A DNA stretch of 28,812 bases from a virus (lineage: Duplodnaviria > Heunggongvirae > Uroviricota > Caudoviricetes): IMG/VR virus record IMGVR_UViG_2693429623_000012; one strand, written 5' to 3'. The notes below the pieces were generated by a model that worked only from the letters and a program-made list of their open reading frames with translations, did no database searches and was not told where the DNA came from. The first letter of the stretch is position 1. Each line of letters opens with the position of its first letter. This document shows, one piece after another, positions 7,954-16,592 of the stretch. Both the position numbers and the translations under genes were made by a program.

Positions 7954-10776
7954 ATGACGGCAGAGTACATCAGGGACTGGCAACAACCGCGCCACGCAGT
8001 GGGGCGTGAAGGAACGGGGATCCCCGCTCCTGAATCCGCGCTTTCCTCCTGGCTGGATGCCCACCGGGCAGAGAACGAGCGCCGCCAGGAAATGGCTGAT
8101 GCGGCGTTCTCCGCCACGCCACTGGGCAACCTGATTAATAAAAGCCTGGACGCACAGGAAAAACAGGACAAAACCATCACACTGGCAGGAGACGCCAGAA
8201 AACAGGCACGCGGCGCGGTGGATGAAGCCATGGCCTCGCTGCGCCTGCTGCCGTCCTATCTGCGCGATCCGCTTATTCGCCACCTCTCCTTCCTGCGCAA
8301 AAAACAGGAAGCCGATCGCCGGAAAGGCAAAAAGAGCTGGCAGGCGGAACGCTATGCACGCGGAACCCTGCGCAAAATATTCGAACGTCTGGATCGCACT
8401 GACGGACACTGGCTGACACCGGGTTATCGCTCCCTTGCCGGACGTGAACGCCTGGACGATTTGCTTTACCTGCCGCAACTCAACAAACACCAGATACAGA
8501 CGCTGGCCACCATGACGGCGGCGATGTTCAGCAGCACCTTCGAAAAACTCTGCGATGGTTTTGGCGCGACTGATGGCGAGCTGACCATGGATGTAACGCT
8601 GAAGGCGTATCAGATGCTGGCCCGCATGGCGTTACACTTACACGCCATGCCTCCGCATTATGACGCACTGACAACAGACAAAGACCGGAGGCACGAACCG
8701 GACACAGAACTGCTGCCGGGCGCAATCCTTCGCCTGACCTGTGCGGAATGGTGGAAACGCAAACTGTGGCTGTTACGTTGCGAGTGGAGAGAAGAACAAC
8801 TTCGCGCCGCCTGTCTGGTTTCCAGAAAAACATCGCCCTATCTGAGCCAGGACGCGTTAAGCGAGTTTCGCGCACAGCGCGAGAAAACACGCGATTTCCT
8901 GAAAAGTTTCATGCTGGAAAATGAAGACGGGTTCACGATTGATCTCGAGACGGTGTATTACGCGGGAGTAAGTAACCCGGTTCACCGTAAGGCAGAAATG
9001 ATGGCCACCATGAAGGGGCTGGAACTTCTGGCCGAAGCCCGTGGCGACAAAGCGGTGTTTCTGACTGTCACCTGCCCGTCAAAATACCACGCCACAACGG
9101 AGAACGGTCATCCGAATCCCAAATGGAACGGGGCCACAATGCGCGACTCCAGCGATTACCTGGTTAACACGTTTTTTGCGACGGTCCGCAAAAAACTGAA
9201 CCGCGACGGCCTGCGCTGGTATGGCATCCGCACGGCGGAGCCTCACCATGACGGCACCGTGCACTGGCATATGATGGTCTTTGCTCATCCGGAAGAAATC
9301 GACACCATTGTGTCCCACACCCGCGATATTGCCATTCAGGAAGATCGTCACGAGCTGGGCGATGACATAACTCCGCGCTTTAAGGCGGAGTATGTAGACG
9401 GCTCAAAAGGCACGCCAACCAGCTACATCGCCACCTACATCGGGAAAAACCTGGACAGCCGCGCCGTGGATGGCATCGACCCGAAAACGGGCAAGCCACG
9501 CGTTGACCACGAAACCGGAAAATCAATGGCCGAGAGCGTGGAACGCGCCATCGGCTGGGCGCGCCTTCACCGGGTCCGCCAGTTCCAGTTCTTTGGCATC
9601 CCCTCCCGCCAGGTATGGCGTGAACTGCGCCGCCTTGCCAGCCAGATGGCACGCAACCCGGAAGGCCCGCAACGGCTGAAGGATGACGCAATGGATGCGG
9701 TTCTTGCCGCCGCTGATGCCGGATGTTTTGCCACCTACATAGAGAAACAGGGCGGCGTACTTGTTCCACGCAAAGACTACCTGATTCGCACCGCCTACGA
9801 CCTCGCCGATGAGCTGAACGATTACGGCGAACAGAGCGTACAGATTTACGGGATCTGGTCACCACTCATCGGGGAATCCTCCCGTGTGTGCACGCATCCG
9901 GATAACTGGAAGCTGGTAAGACGCAAACCGGAAGCGGAAGACAGCGCCCGCGAAAATGGTTTTGACCTTCAGGGCGGCCCTGCCGCCCCTTGGACTCGTG
10001 GCAATAACTGTCCCCGTGTACAGGAAACGGACAACAACGGGACAGAACAGCCGGAAGAACGGCCAGCACCGTGGCCGCAGCTCCCTGACGGCGTTGATGT
10101 GGATGAATGGATGCGCTCACTGAAACGGCACGAACGCCGGGCGCTGATGCGTTCGCTTCGTGACAAACAGGCAAAAAACAGCAGTGATGAAATGCAGAGC
10201 TGGACACAGAGCCGCAAACAGCAGCGGCCTTTGCCTGATAACCACGAATTACTCGCTAAAGAATGGCGGGAGTCTGCTGAATCTCTCGGCCTGCATATCG
10301 GTGAACAACAGATGCAGCACCTGTTACGGGGCGGCAGTCTGTACGTTGACGGCAGCATCATTGCACCGCAGGGATTTGAAATTGTACGCAAACCGGATAC
10401 CCGCCCGGACAGCCGAATCACGCAGCTCTGGCAGCGCCTGAGCCGTAATCATGGCGTAAGCAGCACGGAGATCCGCCATAACCCGGTCGCCAGCTATCTG
10501 ACACAGCTGGGGGCATCAGACCCTGAAGCCGCCGCACGCCTGGCATCCACACTTCAGCAGGACCAGAACACCATGAAAACACCCGTTACCGTGCTTTCTG
10601 ACATGCTGCGCGCCATCCGCGACGCAGAGCACGCACAGAGAATCAGTGAAACCACTGAACGCGCCCGCCGCAAAGCAGACCTGCTGCGGGGTGGCCTGAC
10701 CAGTGGAAACAAAAAACAGACAGAAACGGGACTCACGAATCCCGTAAATGAGCAAAAAACGCGCAGCGATATATGA
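7954..10776 (+). CDS. A: Rolling-circle replication initiation endonuclease, P2 gpA family (940 aa, long C-terminal extension)
   Basis: HUH motif HWHMMVF encoded at 9262-9282 (residues 437-443) and paired catalytic tyrosines Y-x3-Y (SYIATYIGKN, 9421-9450, residues 491 and 495), as in P2 A; position after the early ORFs matches P2. Confidence 0.9.
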   Translation: MTAEYIRDWQQPRHAVGREGTGIPAPESALSSWLDAHRAENERRQEMADAAFSATPLGNLINKSLDAQEKQDKTITLAGDARKQARGAVDEAMASLRLLPSYLRDPLIRHLSFLRKKQEADRRKGKKSWQAERYARGTLRKIFERLDRTDGHWLTPGYRSLAGRERLDDLLYLPQLNKHQIQTLATMTAAMFSSTFEKLCDGFGATDGELTMDVTLKAYQMLARMALHLHAMPPHYDALTTDKDRRHEPDTELLPGAILRLTCAEWWKRKLWLLRCEWREEQLRAACLVSRKTSPYLSQDALSEFRAQREKTRDFLKSFMLENEDGFTIDLETVYYAGVSNPVHRKAEMMATMKGLELLAEARGDKAVFLTVTCPSKYHATTENGHPNPKWNGATMRDSSDYLVNTFFATVRKKLNRDGLRWYGIRTAEPHHDGTVHWHMMVFAHPEEIDTIVSHTRDIAIQEDRHELGDDITPRFKAEYVDGSKGTPTSYIATYIGKNLDSRAVDGIDPKTGKPRVDHETGKSMAESVERAIGWARLHRVRQFQFFGIPSRQVWRELRRLASQMARNPEGPQRLKDDAMDAVLAAADAGCFATYIEKQGGVLVPRKDYLIRTAYDLADELNDYGEQSVQIYGIWSPLIGESSRVCTHPDNWKLVRRKPEAEDSARENGFDLQGGPAAPWTRGNNCPRVQETDNNGTEQPEERPAPWPQLPDGVDVDEWMRSLKRHERRALMRSLRDKQAKNSSDEMQSWTQSRKQQRPLPDNHELLAKEWRESAESLGLHIGEQQMQHLLRGGSLYVDGSIIAPQGFEIVRKPDTRPDSRITQLWQRLSRNHGVSSTEIRHNPVASYLTQLGASDPEAAARLASTLQQDQNTMKTPVTVLSDMLRAIRDAEHAQRISETTERARRKADLLRGGLTSGNKKQTETGLTNPVNEQKTRSDI

Positions 10777-10821
10777 AGCGCGCACAAAACAGGCAAAAAC
10801 GGGATTTCAGAATCCCGTAAA
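10724..10821. repeat. Two copies of a 25-bp element AAACGGGAyTyAsGAATCCCGTAAA, each an inverted repeat (ACGGGA/TCCCGT); candidate parC-like centromere, operator or replication signal
   Basis: Copy 1 at 10724-10748 (inside the A 3' end), copy 2 at 10797-10821 (intergenic), 73 bp apart, just upstream of the ParM-like gene. Confidence 0.5.
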
Positions 10822-10852
10822 CGATTAATTAATCAACATAAGGAAAAGCGAC

Positions 10853-11812
10853 ATGAAAATTTGTATCGACGACGGCTCCACCAACATCAAGCTGGCATGG
10901 ACTGAGAACGGCGAACGCCGCAACGCCATCAGCCCGAACAGCTTCAAGTCGGAATGGTCTGCGCCGTTCGGTGGCATGCAGCCCGCGAACTACATGCTTG
11001 ATGGCGTGCGCTATGGTTTTGATCCGGTCAGCGATCGCTTTGTCCAGACAACCGACACGCAATACCAGTACAGCGATGTAAATGTCATTGCCATTCATCA
11101 CGCGCTGGTCAAATCAGGCATCACGCCACAGGAGGTGGATGTGGTTGTCACCCTGCCACTGAGCGAGTATTTCGACACAAACGCACAGCCGGACATGGCC
11201 AACATCAACCGCAAAAAAGCGAACGTTATGCGCCCGGTGGAGTACCAGAACGGCGAAGCATTCACTATCCGTAACGTGCGGGTTATGCCTGAATCCATTC
11301 CGGCTGGCTTTAAGGCACTGGCTGACATGAGTCCGTTTGAATCCCTGCTGATTGTGGATTTGGGCGGAACCACGCTGGATGTGGCAAAGGTTCAGGGGCA
11401 ACTGGCAGGTATCAGCCAGGTGTTTTGCGATCCACACGTAGGCGTTTCTCTGATGGCCGATGCCGTACTGTCGGTGATGGCCACTAACGGTATGCGCACC
11501 AGTCACCACATCGCCAATACCATTATCGAACATCGCCATGATGAAGCCTGGCTGCGCCAGCACATCCACAATGACGCGCATTACGCCAGCCTGATGGCGG
11601 TTATTCGTGAAAAGGAAGAAACACTGAAACAACGCGTGATCCGCGCGCTGGCGGGTTTTTCGGGTTACGGGCGGGTGATGGTTGTCGGTGGAGGGGCGGA
11701 GATTGTGGCACCCGCTATCCGCGAAGCCTGCGGAGTTAATGCGACTTTCATCGCGGACGGGGTGCCACAGTTTGCTCTGGTTAATGGGCTGTACGCAATG
11801 GACAAGGAGTAA
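10853..11812 (+). CDS. Actin-like segregation ATPase, ParM/StbA family (319 aa)
   Basis: N-terminus MKICIDDGSTNIKLAW...ISPNSFKSEW...YSDVNVIAIHHAL closely parallels plasmid R1 ParM (MLVFIDDGSTNIKLQW...ISPNSFKREW...YSDVNVVAVHHAL, recalled); AAGGAAAAG upstream. Confidence 0.85.
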   Translation: MKICIDDGSTNIKLAWTENGERRNAISPNSFKSEWSAPFGGMQPANYMLDGVRYGFDPVSDRFVQTTDTQYQYSDVNVIAIHHALVKSGITPQEVDVVVTLPLSEYFDTNAQPDMANINRKKANVMRPVEYQNGEAFTIRNVRVMPESIPAGFKALADMSPFESLLIVDLGGTTLDVAKVQGQLAGISQVFCDPHVGVSLMADAVLSVMATNGMRTSHHIANTIIEHRHDEAWLRQHIHNDAHYASLMAVIREKEETLKQRVIRALAGFSGYGRVMVVGGGAEIVAPAIREACGVNATFIADGVPQFALVNGLYAMDKE

Positions 11813-11816
11813 ACCA

Positions 11817-12128
11817 ATGACGACACCAACCAGACGGATAAGTTTCTATCTGAAGCCTGCGGCCGTCAAGAACGAAAGCGAAGCATGCGCCTGGCTGGGC
11901 AGCCTTACACCAGAAGCCCGCAAAAGCGGCCAACGCGTGGCTTTTCTGGCCGGGCTGGCACTTCTGAAAATGAATCCAGCAGAGGCTTACCGACTGGCTG
12001 CATGGGCTGACGATGAGGCGTTATCGGTGACACAAACCAGGACAGAACGCCCCGTGCCACAGCCAGTACCAACCGCACAGATAACCAGTCAGATAGCAGG
12101 GAATATCCGGGCATTATTTCCTGAATGA
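11817..12128 (+). CDS. Putative ParR-like partition adaptor (103 aa)
   Basis: In-frame ATG 5 nt after the parM-like stop. Weak but collinear resemblance to R1 ParR: RRISFYLKP vs RRTIAFKLNP, AGLAL core, C-terminal IRALFPE vs ILRSLFPKE (recalled). Confidence 0.55.
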   Translation: MTTPTRRISFYLKPAAVKNESEACAWLGSLTPEARKSGQRVAFLAGLALLKMNPAEAYRLAAWADDEALSVTQTRTERPVPQPVPTAQITSQIAGNIRALFPE

Positions 12129-12188
12129 CGAATTTGACGGCTTTTAATTTTATCGGGGTGCACTGTCGCCCCGCACGAGGAAAACACG

Positions 12189-12713
12189 ATGAAAAAATAC
12201 GAATACATGCTAATGAAAGAAGCACTGCGGGCTGGTCTGGCTCCCTGTCCTGTATCCGTAGAAGCTGTTGTTGGGAACACGATTTTCCGAACGCTGCGAA
12301 ATCGCGTATCCGTGAAGATGGTTCACCAACCACCCAAATCTACCAGCATGATCTATCTGCCGCTGCCCGAGGCTATCAAACTTATGCGTTCGCTGAAATT
12401 TGCGATTTGGATGCAGACACAAATCAACAAAGCGGTGCAAAACACCTTCGTTAAGAGACTAATACCGGAGCTTGCTGCCAGATGTGCAAAATGTACCAGA
12501 CCCGCACTTCAATTTGATCTGTCATTGATTCAACAAGCTACGGAGGCAGAACTGTACCGCCTGTCACCTATCCGTGATGCTCACACGGAAGCATCAGAAA
12601 TGTTCCGGCTCATGTTTCAATTTAATTTTGCCGTTCGACGCACACGCGTTCAGGTCAATCGCATGATGCAGGAGCAGGAAGAGTTAACACAGTACAAAGG
12701 GGGCAGCCAGTGA
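12189..12713 (+). CDS. Hypothetical protein (174 aa), accessory-locus cargo
   Basis: ORF track 12189..12713; GAGGA upstream; no recognisable motif. Confidence 0.5.
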   Translation: MKKYEYMLMKEALRAGLAPCPVSVEAVVGNTIFRTLRNRVSVKMVHQPPKSTSMIYLPLPEAIKLMRSLKFAIWMQTQINKAVQNTFVKRLIPELAARCAKCTRPALQFDLSLIQQATEAELYRLSPIRDAHTEASEMFRLMFQFNFAVRRTRVQVNRMMQEQEELTQYKGGSQ

Positions 12714-12949
12714 GTAATTCAGCACGACTACAGCTTGGTTTTTCACCGCTATCAAAAACCATCGTATTGGCAAAAATGCGTGACTTAGGAGACGGAACAA
12801 AACGCCGCGTAGGAAATGATCGCGGTCGCGATGTAACCAACGAGGCCGCTCAACTCGTTTGGCATCTAGTCATGGCAGAAGGCGGTGAAATTAATTGGGA
12901 GCTGGATGATGGTTCTCGTATGATTTTGAGGGCCGAGAAGAGTAAATAG
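12710..12949 (+). CDS. Hypothetical protein (79 aa), accessory-locus cargo
   Basis: ORF track 12710..12949; start overlaps the upstream stop (ATGA). Confidence 0.45.
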   Translation: MSNSARLQLGFSPLSKTIVLAKMRDLGDGTKRRVGNDRGRDVTNEAAQLVWHLVMAEGGEINWELDDGSRMILRAEKSK

Positions 12950-12963
12950 CTCAAGGGGGATTA

Positions 12964-13149
12964 ATGCTAAATGATGATGAAGAAGAGCTGCTTATGCAGG
13001 AATGGTCGCTCGGTGATTATGATAATGGTGAAAATGGGTGCCCGCATTGTGGCCGTTATCGTTTATGTATCTGCCAGAATGGAAAACACAGATGTGAAAA
13101 GTGCAATTGGTCTCCGGAACTTAATGACTACGTGCCGATCGAGTGGTAG
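12964..13149 (+). CDS. Small Cys-rich putative zinc-binding protein (61 aa)
   Basis: ORF track 12964..13149; CPHCGRYRLCICQNGKHRCEKCNW has at least two CxxC pairs. Confidence 0.45.
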   Translation: MLNDDEEELLMQEWSLGDYDNGENGCPHCGRYRLCICQNGKHRCEKCNWSPELNDYVPIEW

Positions 13150-13189
13150 AGGTAAGTCACACTAGGTGTTTTTTAGTTGATTTTATAAA

Positions 13190-13216
13190 TGCACAATAGT
13201 GCACAAATTTGCACAA
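13190..13216. repeat. Three TGCACAA heptamers phased exactly 10 bp apart
   Basis: TGCACAA at 13190-13196, 13200-13206, 13210-13216, with a fourth at 13282-13288. Nearby: direct repeat GGATCCGT (13260-13267 and 13271-13278) and a perfect 16-bp palindrome AAAAAACGCGTTTTTT (13288-13303). Confidence 0.8.
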
Positions 13217-13640
13217 TTTTTTTGAACGACTTTTTGCCCTTCCGGCCCGCGTGGCGGCTGGATCCGTCAAGGATCCGTGCATGCACAAAAAAACGCGTTT
13301 TTTCTGCGCGCAGGTGACGGGGGAACAGCCCGCGTTTCAGGGGGTAAATAGCATTCCCTGAACGATGTCGCAGAGATACAACAGAATGGCTGTATTTCTC
13401 ACGCTGAGCGTGAAAAAGACGTGAGGGCTTTTGATTTGATGGGGTGAAAGGTAAGGCCGTCAAAATCGCACTGAGACGGCGAGAATATGCAGTCAACGAG
13501 GTGGGATTGCGTAAGAGTCTGACTGTCGATGATGGCAATCAGCAGGAAAGCGTCGTGAAATTATCTGACTGATACAGGAGCTGGAGAGTCGGGGCATAAA
13601 TTTTTTATGCCCCGGCGAAGCAGCAGACAAGCGAAGCGCG

Positions 13641-14687
13641 TCAGGATGTGGGCTGGGTGTCTAACAGTGCGTAAGGGTTAAAGCGGATCACCTCTTCGCC
13701 AAGCCAGTCATTGATGTGCTTCATGGCCTCCATGACGGGCATCAGCTCGTTAATTGCGTAAACCCGCGCGGCCTTCTCCACATCACCAAACGCACTTTTT
13801 TCGCCCGGCATCGCCCCCATCAGTTGCGGCGGAACGCGGTGCGCAGCCAGCACATCATCACGGGATGCCGCCTTAACATTCATGAACTCATCCTTTGCGG
13901 TGATCTGCTGGAACGGCAAAATTTGCACCCCCTCTTTGCCCCCGTTGGGCGCATGAATGAGCACGTTTTTAAACGCACCACCACCACGTGCCCCCTGTAG
14001 CGTTTCTTTCAGGGAGTCCATGCTTTCGCGGTTTACCTGCGCTGCACCGATGTAGATGATGCACCCGGCGTGGGATCCGTTGTCGTAGTACAGTTTTCTG
14101 AACATGTCCGCCGAATGAGAAAGGCTGGCCGAGAGTAATGCGCCAAGATATTCCGGCATGCCGTAGATTTCCTGGTTAATATCCGGATTCATCAGGTGGC
14201 ACACTTTGCCAGGACGAAACTGAAACGCATCCTTGCCATCCTGCACATACCACCATGATTCAAGATCGCTTCCGCGTCGCATGTATTTCGCCAGGGCGTG
14301 CCGTAATTTAAGCGGTTCGCCGAGCATATTGCTCCGAAGCTCAAGGAATGCGTTACCGAACACAAACCAGTCCAGCGCCAGCGCCGAGAAATCCTGCCGG
14401 GAAAGCAGCGGGTGCGGAATATAGCAGCCGAGCAATACATTGCGCTTAAAGTAAAGCGCAGACTGATGCCAGGACGTTTGCCGGGCAGCTCTTGCCAGAC
14501 CGTACCAGTCCACCGGGGTTTCATACCACCGCCCGTTATCAGCACAGTACATATTGTCCAGCAGGTCATGCCCGGTCAGGCGGTAAGGACCATCAAATGT
14601 GAATGCACTGAGCGACGATTCTTTCCTGAGCGCATCAGCGAGATCAATGCGTGAACTCATGCGCACTTTTTTATTTTTTCTGCTCAT
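13641..14687 (-). CDS. Q: Portal protein, P2 gpQ-like (348 aa)
   Basis: ORF track 13641..14687; size and position match P2 Q (last gene of the leftward P-Q operon); start codon overlaps the P stop. Confidence 0.85.
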   Translation of the reverse strand: MSRKNKKVRMSSRIDLADALRKESSLSAFTFDGPYRLTGHDLLDNMYCADNGRWYETPVDWYGLARAARQTSWHQSALYFKRNVLLGCYIPHPLLSRQDFSALALDWFVFGNAFLELRSNMLGEPLKLRHALAKYMRRGSDLESWWYVQDGKDAFQFRPGKVCHLMNPDINQEIYGMPEYLGALLSASLSHSADMFRKLYYDNGSHAGCIIYIGAAQVNRESMDSLKETLQGARGGGAFKNVLIHAPNGGKEGVQILPFQQITAKDEFMNVKAASRDDVLAAHRVPPQLMGAMPGEKSAFGDVEKAARVYAINELMPVMEAMKHINDWLGEEVIRFNPYALLDTQPTS

Positions 14688-16438
14688 CAGAACTCCATAA
14701 CCGTGAAACGCTCGTTTTCTCCTTCGCCGCCAATCGGTTCGTTAATGACAGCAAGCATGGTTGCCCACGCAAGGTCGCCGTGGCTGATCCCCCTCGCGCG
14801 GTCCGTTTCGTAAGTGATAAAACCGCCCGGTGTTTTCACCTTACGCACGGCGTTAAAGGCCGCAACCAGCTCGCGTTCGGCGCGATCGTATTCCCACCGC
14901 CCGGCACGCATTATTTGCAGCATTTTCAGTACCAGCGACCGTTTTGATGACAGCGTGAAGGTGTAAGGGATGGCGGCGGGAAAAAACCGTTTCACTATCT
15001 GATAGACGGCATCCCCGTGCCCGCCCGTCGCATCAATGCCGATGTGTTCCACGTTGTAGCGATACGTGAACTCTTCAATAACTCTGGCCTGCTCTTCAAA
15101 TTCCAGCCCCTGAACGCGTCGCGTCTCCACCGTTCTGAAACGACCACCAGGAACAGCCGGAGGAACCACCACGGACACAGCGCCGCTGTCGCCGTTACCA
15201 CTGCTGCCGTTTGCGTCATACCCAATCCATACCGGACGATTCCCCATCGGGCGGGGGGCAAAGGGTTTCCAGTCTTTCCAGTCGTCGTATCCGTCAACAC
15301 CGCAGCCAATCAGGATATTCAGGTTAAATGCCGATTCCCCTTCGCGGACAAACTCACACATATAGAGATTGCGGAACTCGTCTTCGGTGTTTTCATCACG
15401 AATTTCATCAATATCGGTGTGTTTCCAGCCGTGATTAACCACATCTTCCAGCGTGACAATTTGCCGCCACGTCCGGTCAGGGCAGATAAGCCCGTTATGC
15501 AGCGTTTTCCAGTCCACAGAAAAACGCTGGCGTTTATGCGCGGCCTTTTTCTCGTTCCAGCGGTCGCCGTTCCAGTAGGCGTATGCCTCGTGCGTTTCGG
15601 TGGATGGCGTGGAGAAGCAGGTGCGCCGCAGTCCGCTGAGGGTTGCCATAGCGCCAGCCACCTTGCGCAGTTCAGCAAAGCGACTGACCCAGAAAAATTC
15701 ATCAAAATAAAAATTGCCCGTGTAAGATTGCGCCGTCGCAGCAGAAGTGCCGAGAAAATGCATCTCTGCGCCGTTGGAGAGGATGATTTTATCGCCCCCT
15801 TTCAGCTCCACATCGACTTCAGCCGCGGCCTTCTGAATAATGCTTTTAAACTGGAACGCCTGACGACGCGACGCAGACAAAAAAATCTGGTTACGCTGGT
15901 AAGGTTGTGCCACATCGTCACGCAGCGCCATCAGCAGTGCTTCCTGTGCAAAATACCAGGTCGCCCCAATCTGTCGGGATTTCAGGATCATCCTGTTACG
16001 TATCCCGGCTTCCCTGCAAAGCGTCAGGGAGTCAAACCAGCCCCGCTGATGCCACTCCAGCCTGCTGATGATTTTTTCCCGCAGTGCGGCAATCTGTTCC
16101 GGCGTGAAATGATTTTTGAGTTTTTTCGCCCGGCCTTTCTTTCCTGTGGCCGTCGCATCCGGCTGGCCATCATGCAGTTTTTTAAGCTGCCGGGTCAGCA
16201 GGTCTATTTCCTTAAAGTCACCACCTGTTTTATTCTGTTTTTCAGTAAGCTGGATGAGGCGCGCATCGATGGACTGCGTGACACGCTGCACGGGTGGCGT
16301 TTCATCCCACTGGTCGCGTTTTTTCCACGCATAAATCGTGTTCGGGTTTATTCCCATCAGACGTGATATTTCTGCGGGCGGATAACCCTGCCAGTAAAGT
16401 TGCCGCGCACGCTGGCGCACAAAAGCGTCCTGAATCAT
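14687..16438 (-). CDS. P: Terminase large (ATPase) subunit, P2 gpP-like (583 aa)
   Basis: ORF track 14687..16438; size and synteny match P2 P (about 590 aa), divergent from the O-N-M-L operon. Confidence 0.85.
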   Translation of the reverse strand: MIQDAFVRQRARQLYWQGYPPAEISRLMGINPNTIYAWKKRDQWDETPPVQRVTQSIDARLIQLTEKQNKTGGDFKEIDLLTRQLKKLHDGQPDATATGKKGRAKKLKNHFTPEQIAALREKIISRLEWHQRGWFDSLTLCREAGIRNRMILKSRQIGATWYFAQEALLMALRDDVAQPYQRNQIFLSASRRQAFQFKSIIQKAAAEVDVELKGGDKIILSNGAEMHFLGTSAATAQSYTGNFYFDEFFWVSRFAELRKVAGAMATLSGLRRTCFSTPSTETHEAYAYWNGDRWNEKKAAHKRQRFSVDWKTLHNGLICPDRTWRQIVTLEDVVNHGWKHTDIDEIRDENTEDEFRNLYMCEFVREGESAFNLNILIGCGVDGYDDWKDWKPFAPRPMGNRPVWIGYDANGSSGNGDSGAVSVVVPPAVPGGRFRTVETRRVQGLEFEEQARVIEEFTYRYNVEHIGIDATGGHGDAVYQIVKRFFPAAIPYTFTLSSKRSLVLKMLQIMRAGRWEYDRAERELVAAFNAVRKVKTPGGFITYETDRARGISHGDLAWATMLAVINEPIGGEGENERFTVMEF

Positions 16439-16592
16439 TGCTCCCCCTGAGTAATTACAGGAAGATTACCCGCGCGCGAAACCGTTCTCCTTAACCCCCT
16501 GTTCTGGCCGTTTTCTTACAACAAAAGCCCTTTGTATCAGCCTGTTACGCTTTGCCATCATGACTGAAGAACCAGTCAGAGGGGCAAAAACT
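16439..16592. promoter_or_regulatory. Divergent late promoter region between the P-Q and O-N-M-L operons
   Basis: Only noncoding gap between divergent late operons; contains a TGT-N15-ACA dyad at 16490-16510. The P2 late-promoter activator element is recalled as TGT-N12-ACA, so the motif match is imperfect. Confidence 0.4.

Noticed and set aside
7417-8490. 357-aa minus-strand ORF
   Set aside because: Antisense to the well-supported plus-strand early genes (orf 7582..7947 and the A gene N-terminus); no recognisable motifs. GC-rich coding DNA commonly yields long antisense ORFs.
12129-12188. Hairpin cggggtgcactgtcgccccg after the ParR-like gene as a terminator
   Set aside because: Stem is present but there is no following T-run and the next gene starts 25 nt later with its own RBS; more likely a structured intercistronic spacer.
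15017-16366. 449-aa plus-strand ORF
   Set aside because: Entirely antisense to the terminase large subunit gene P, which has clear P2 synteny; treated as a shadow ORF.
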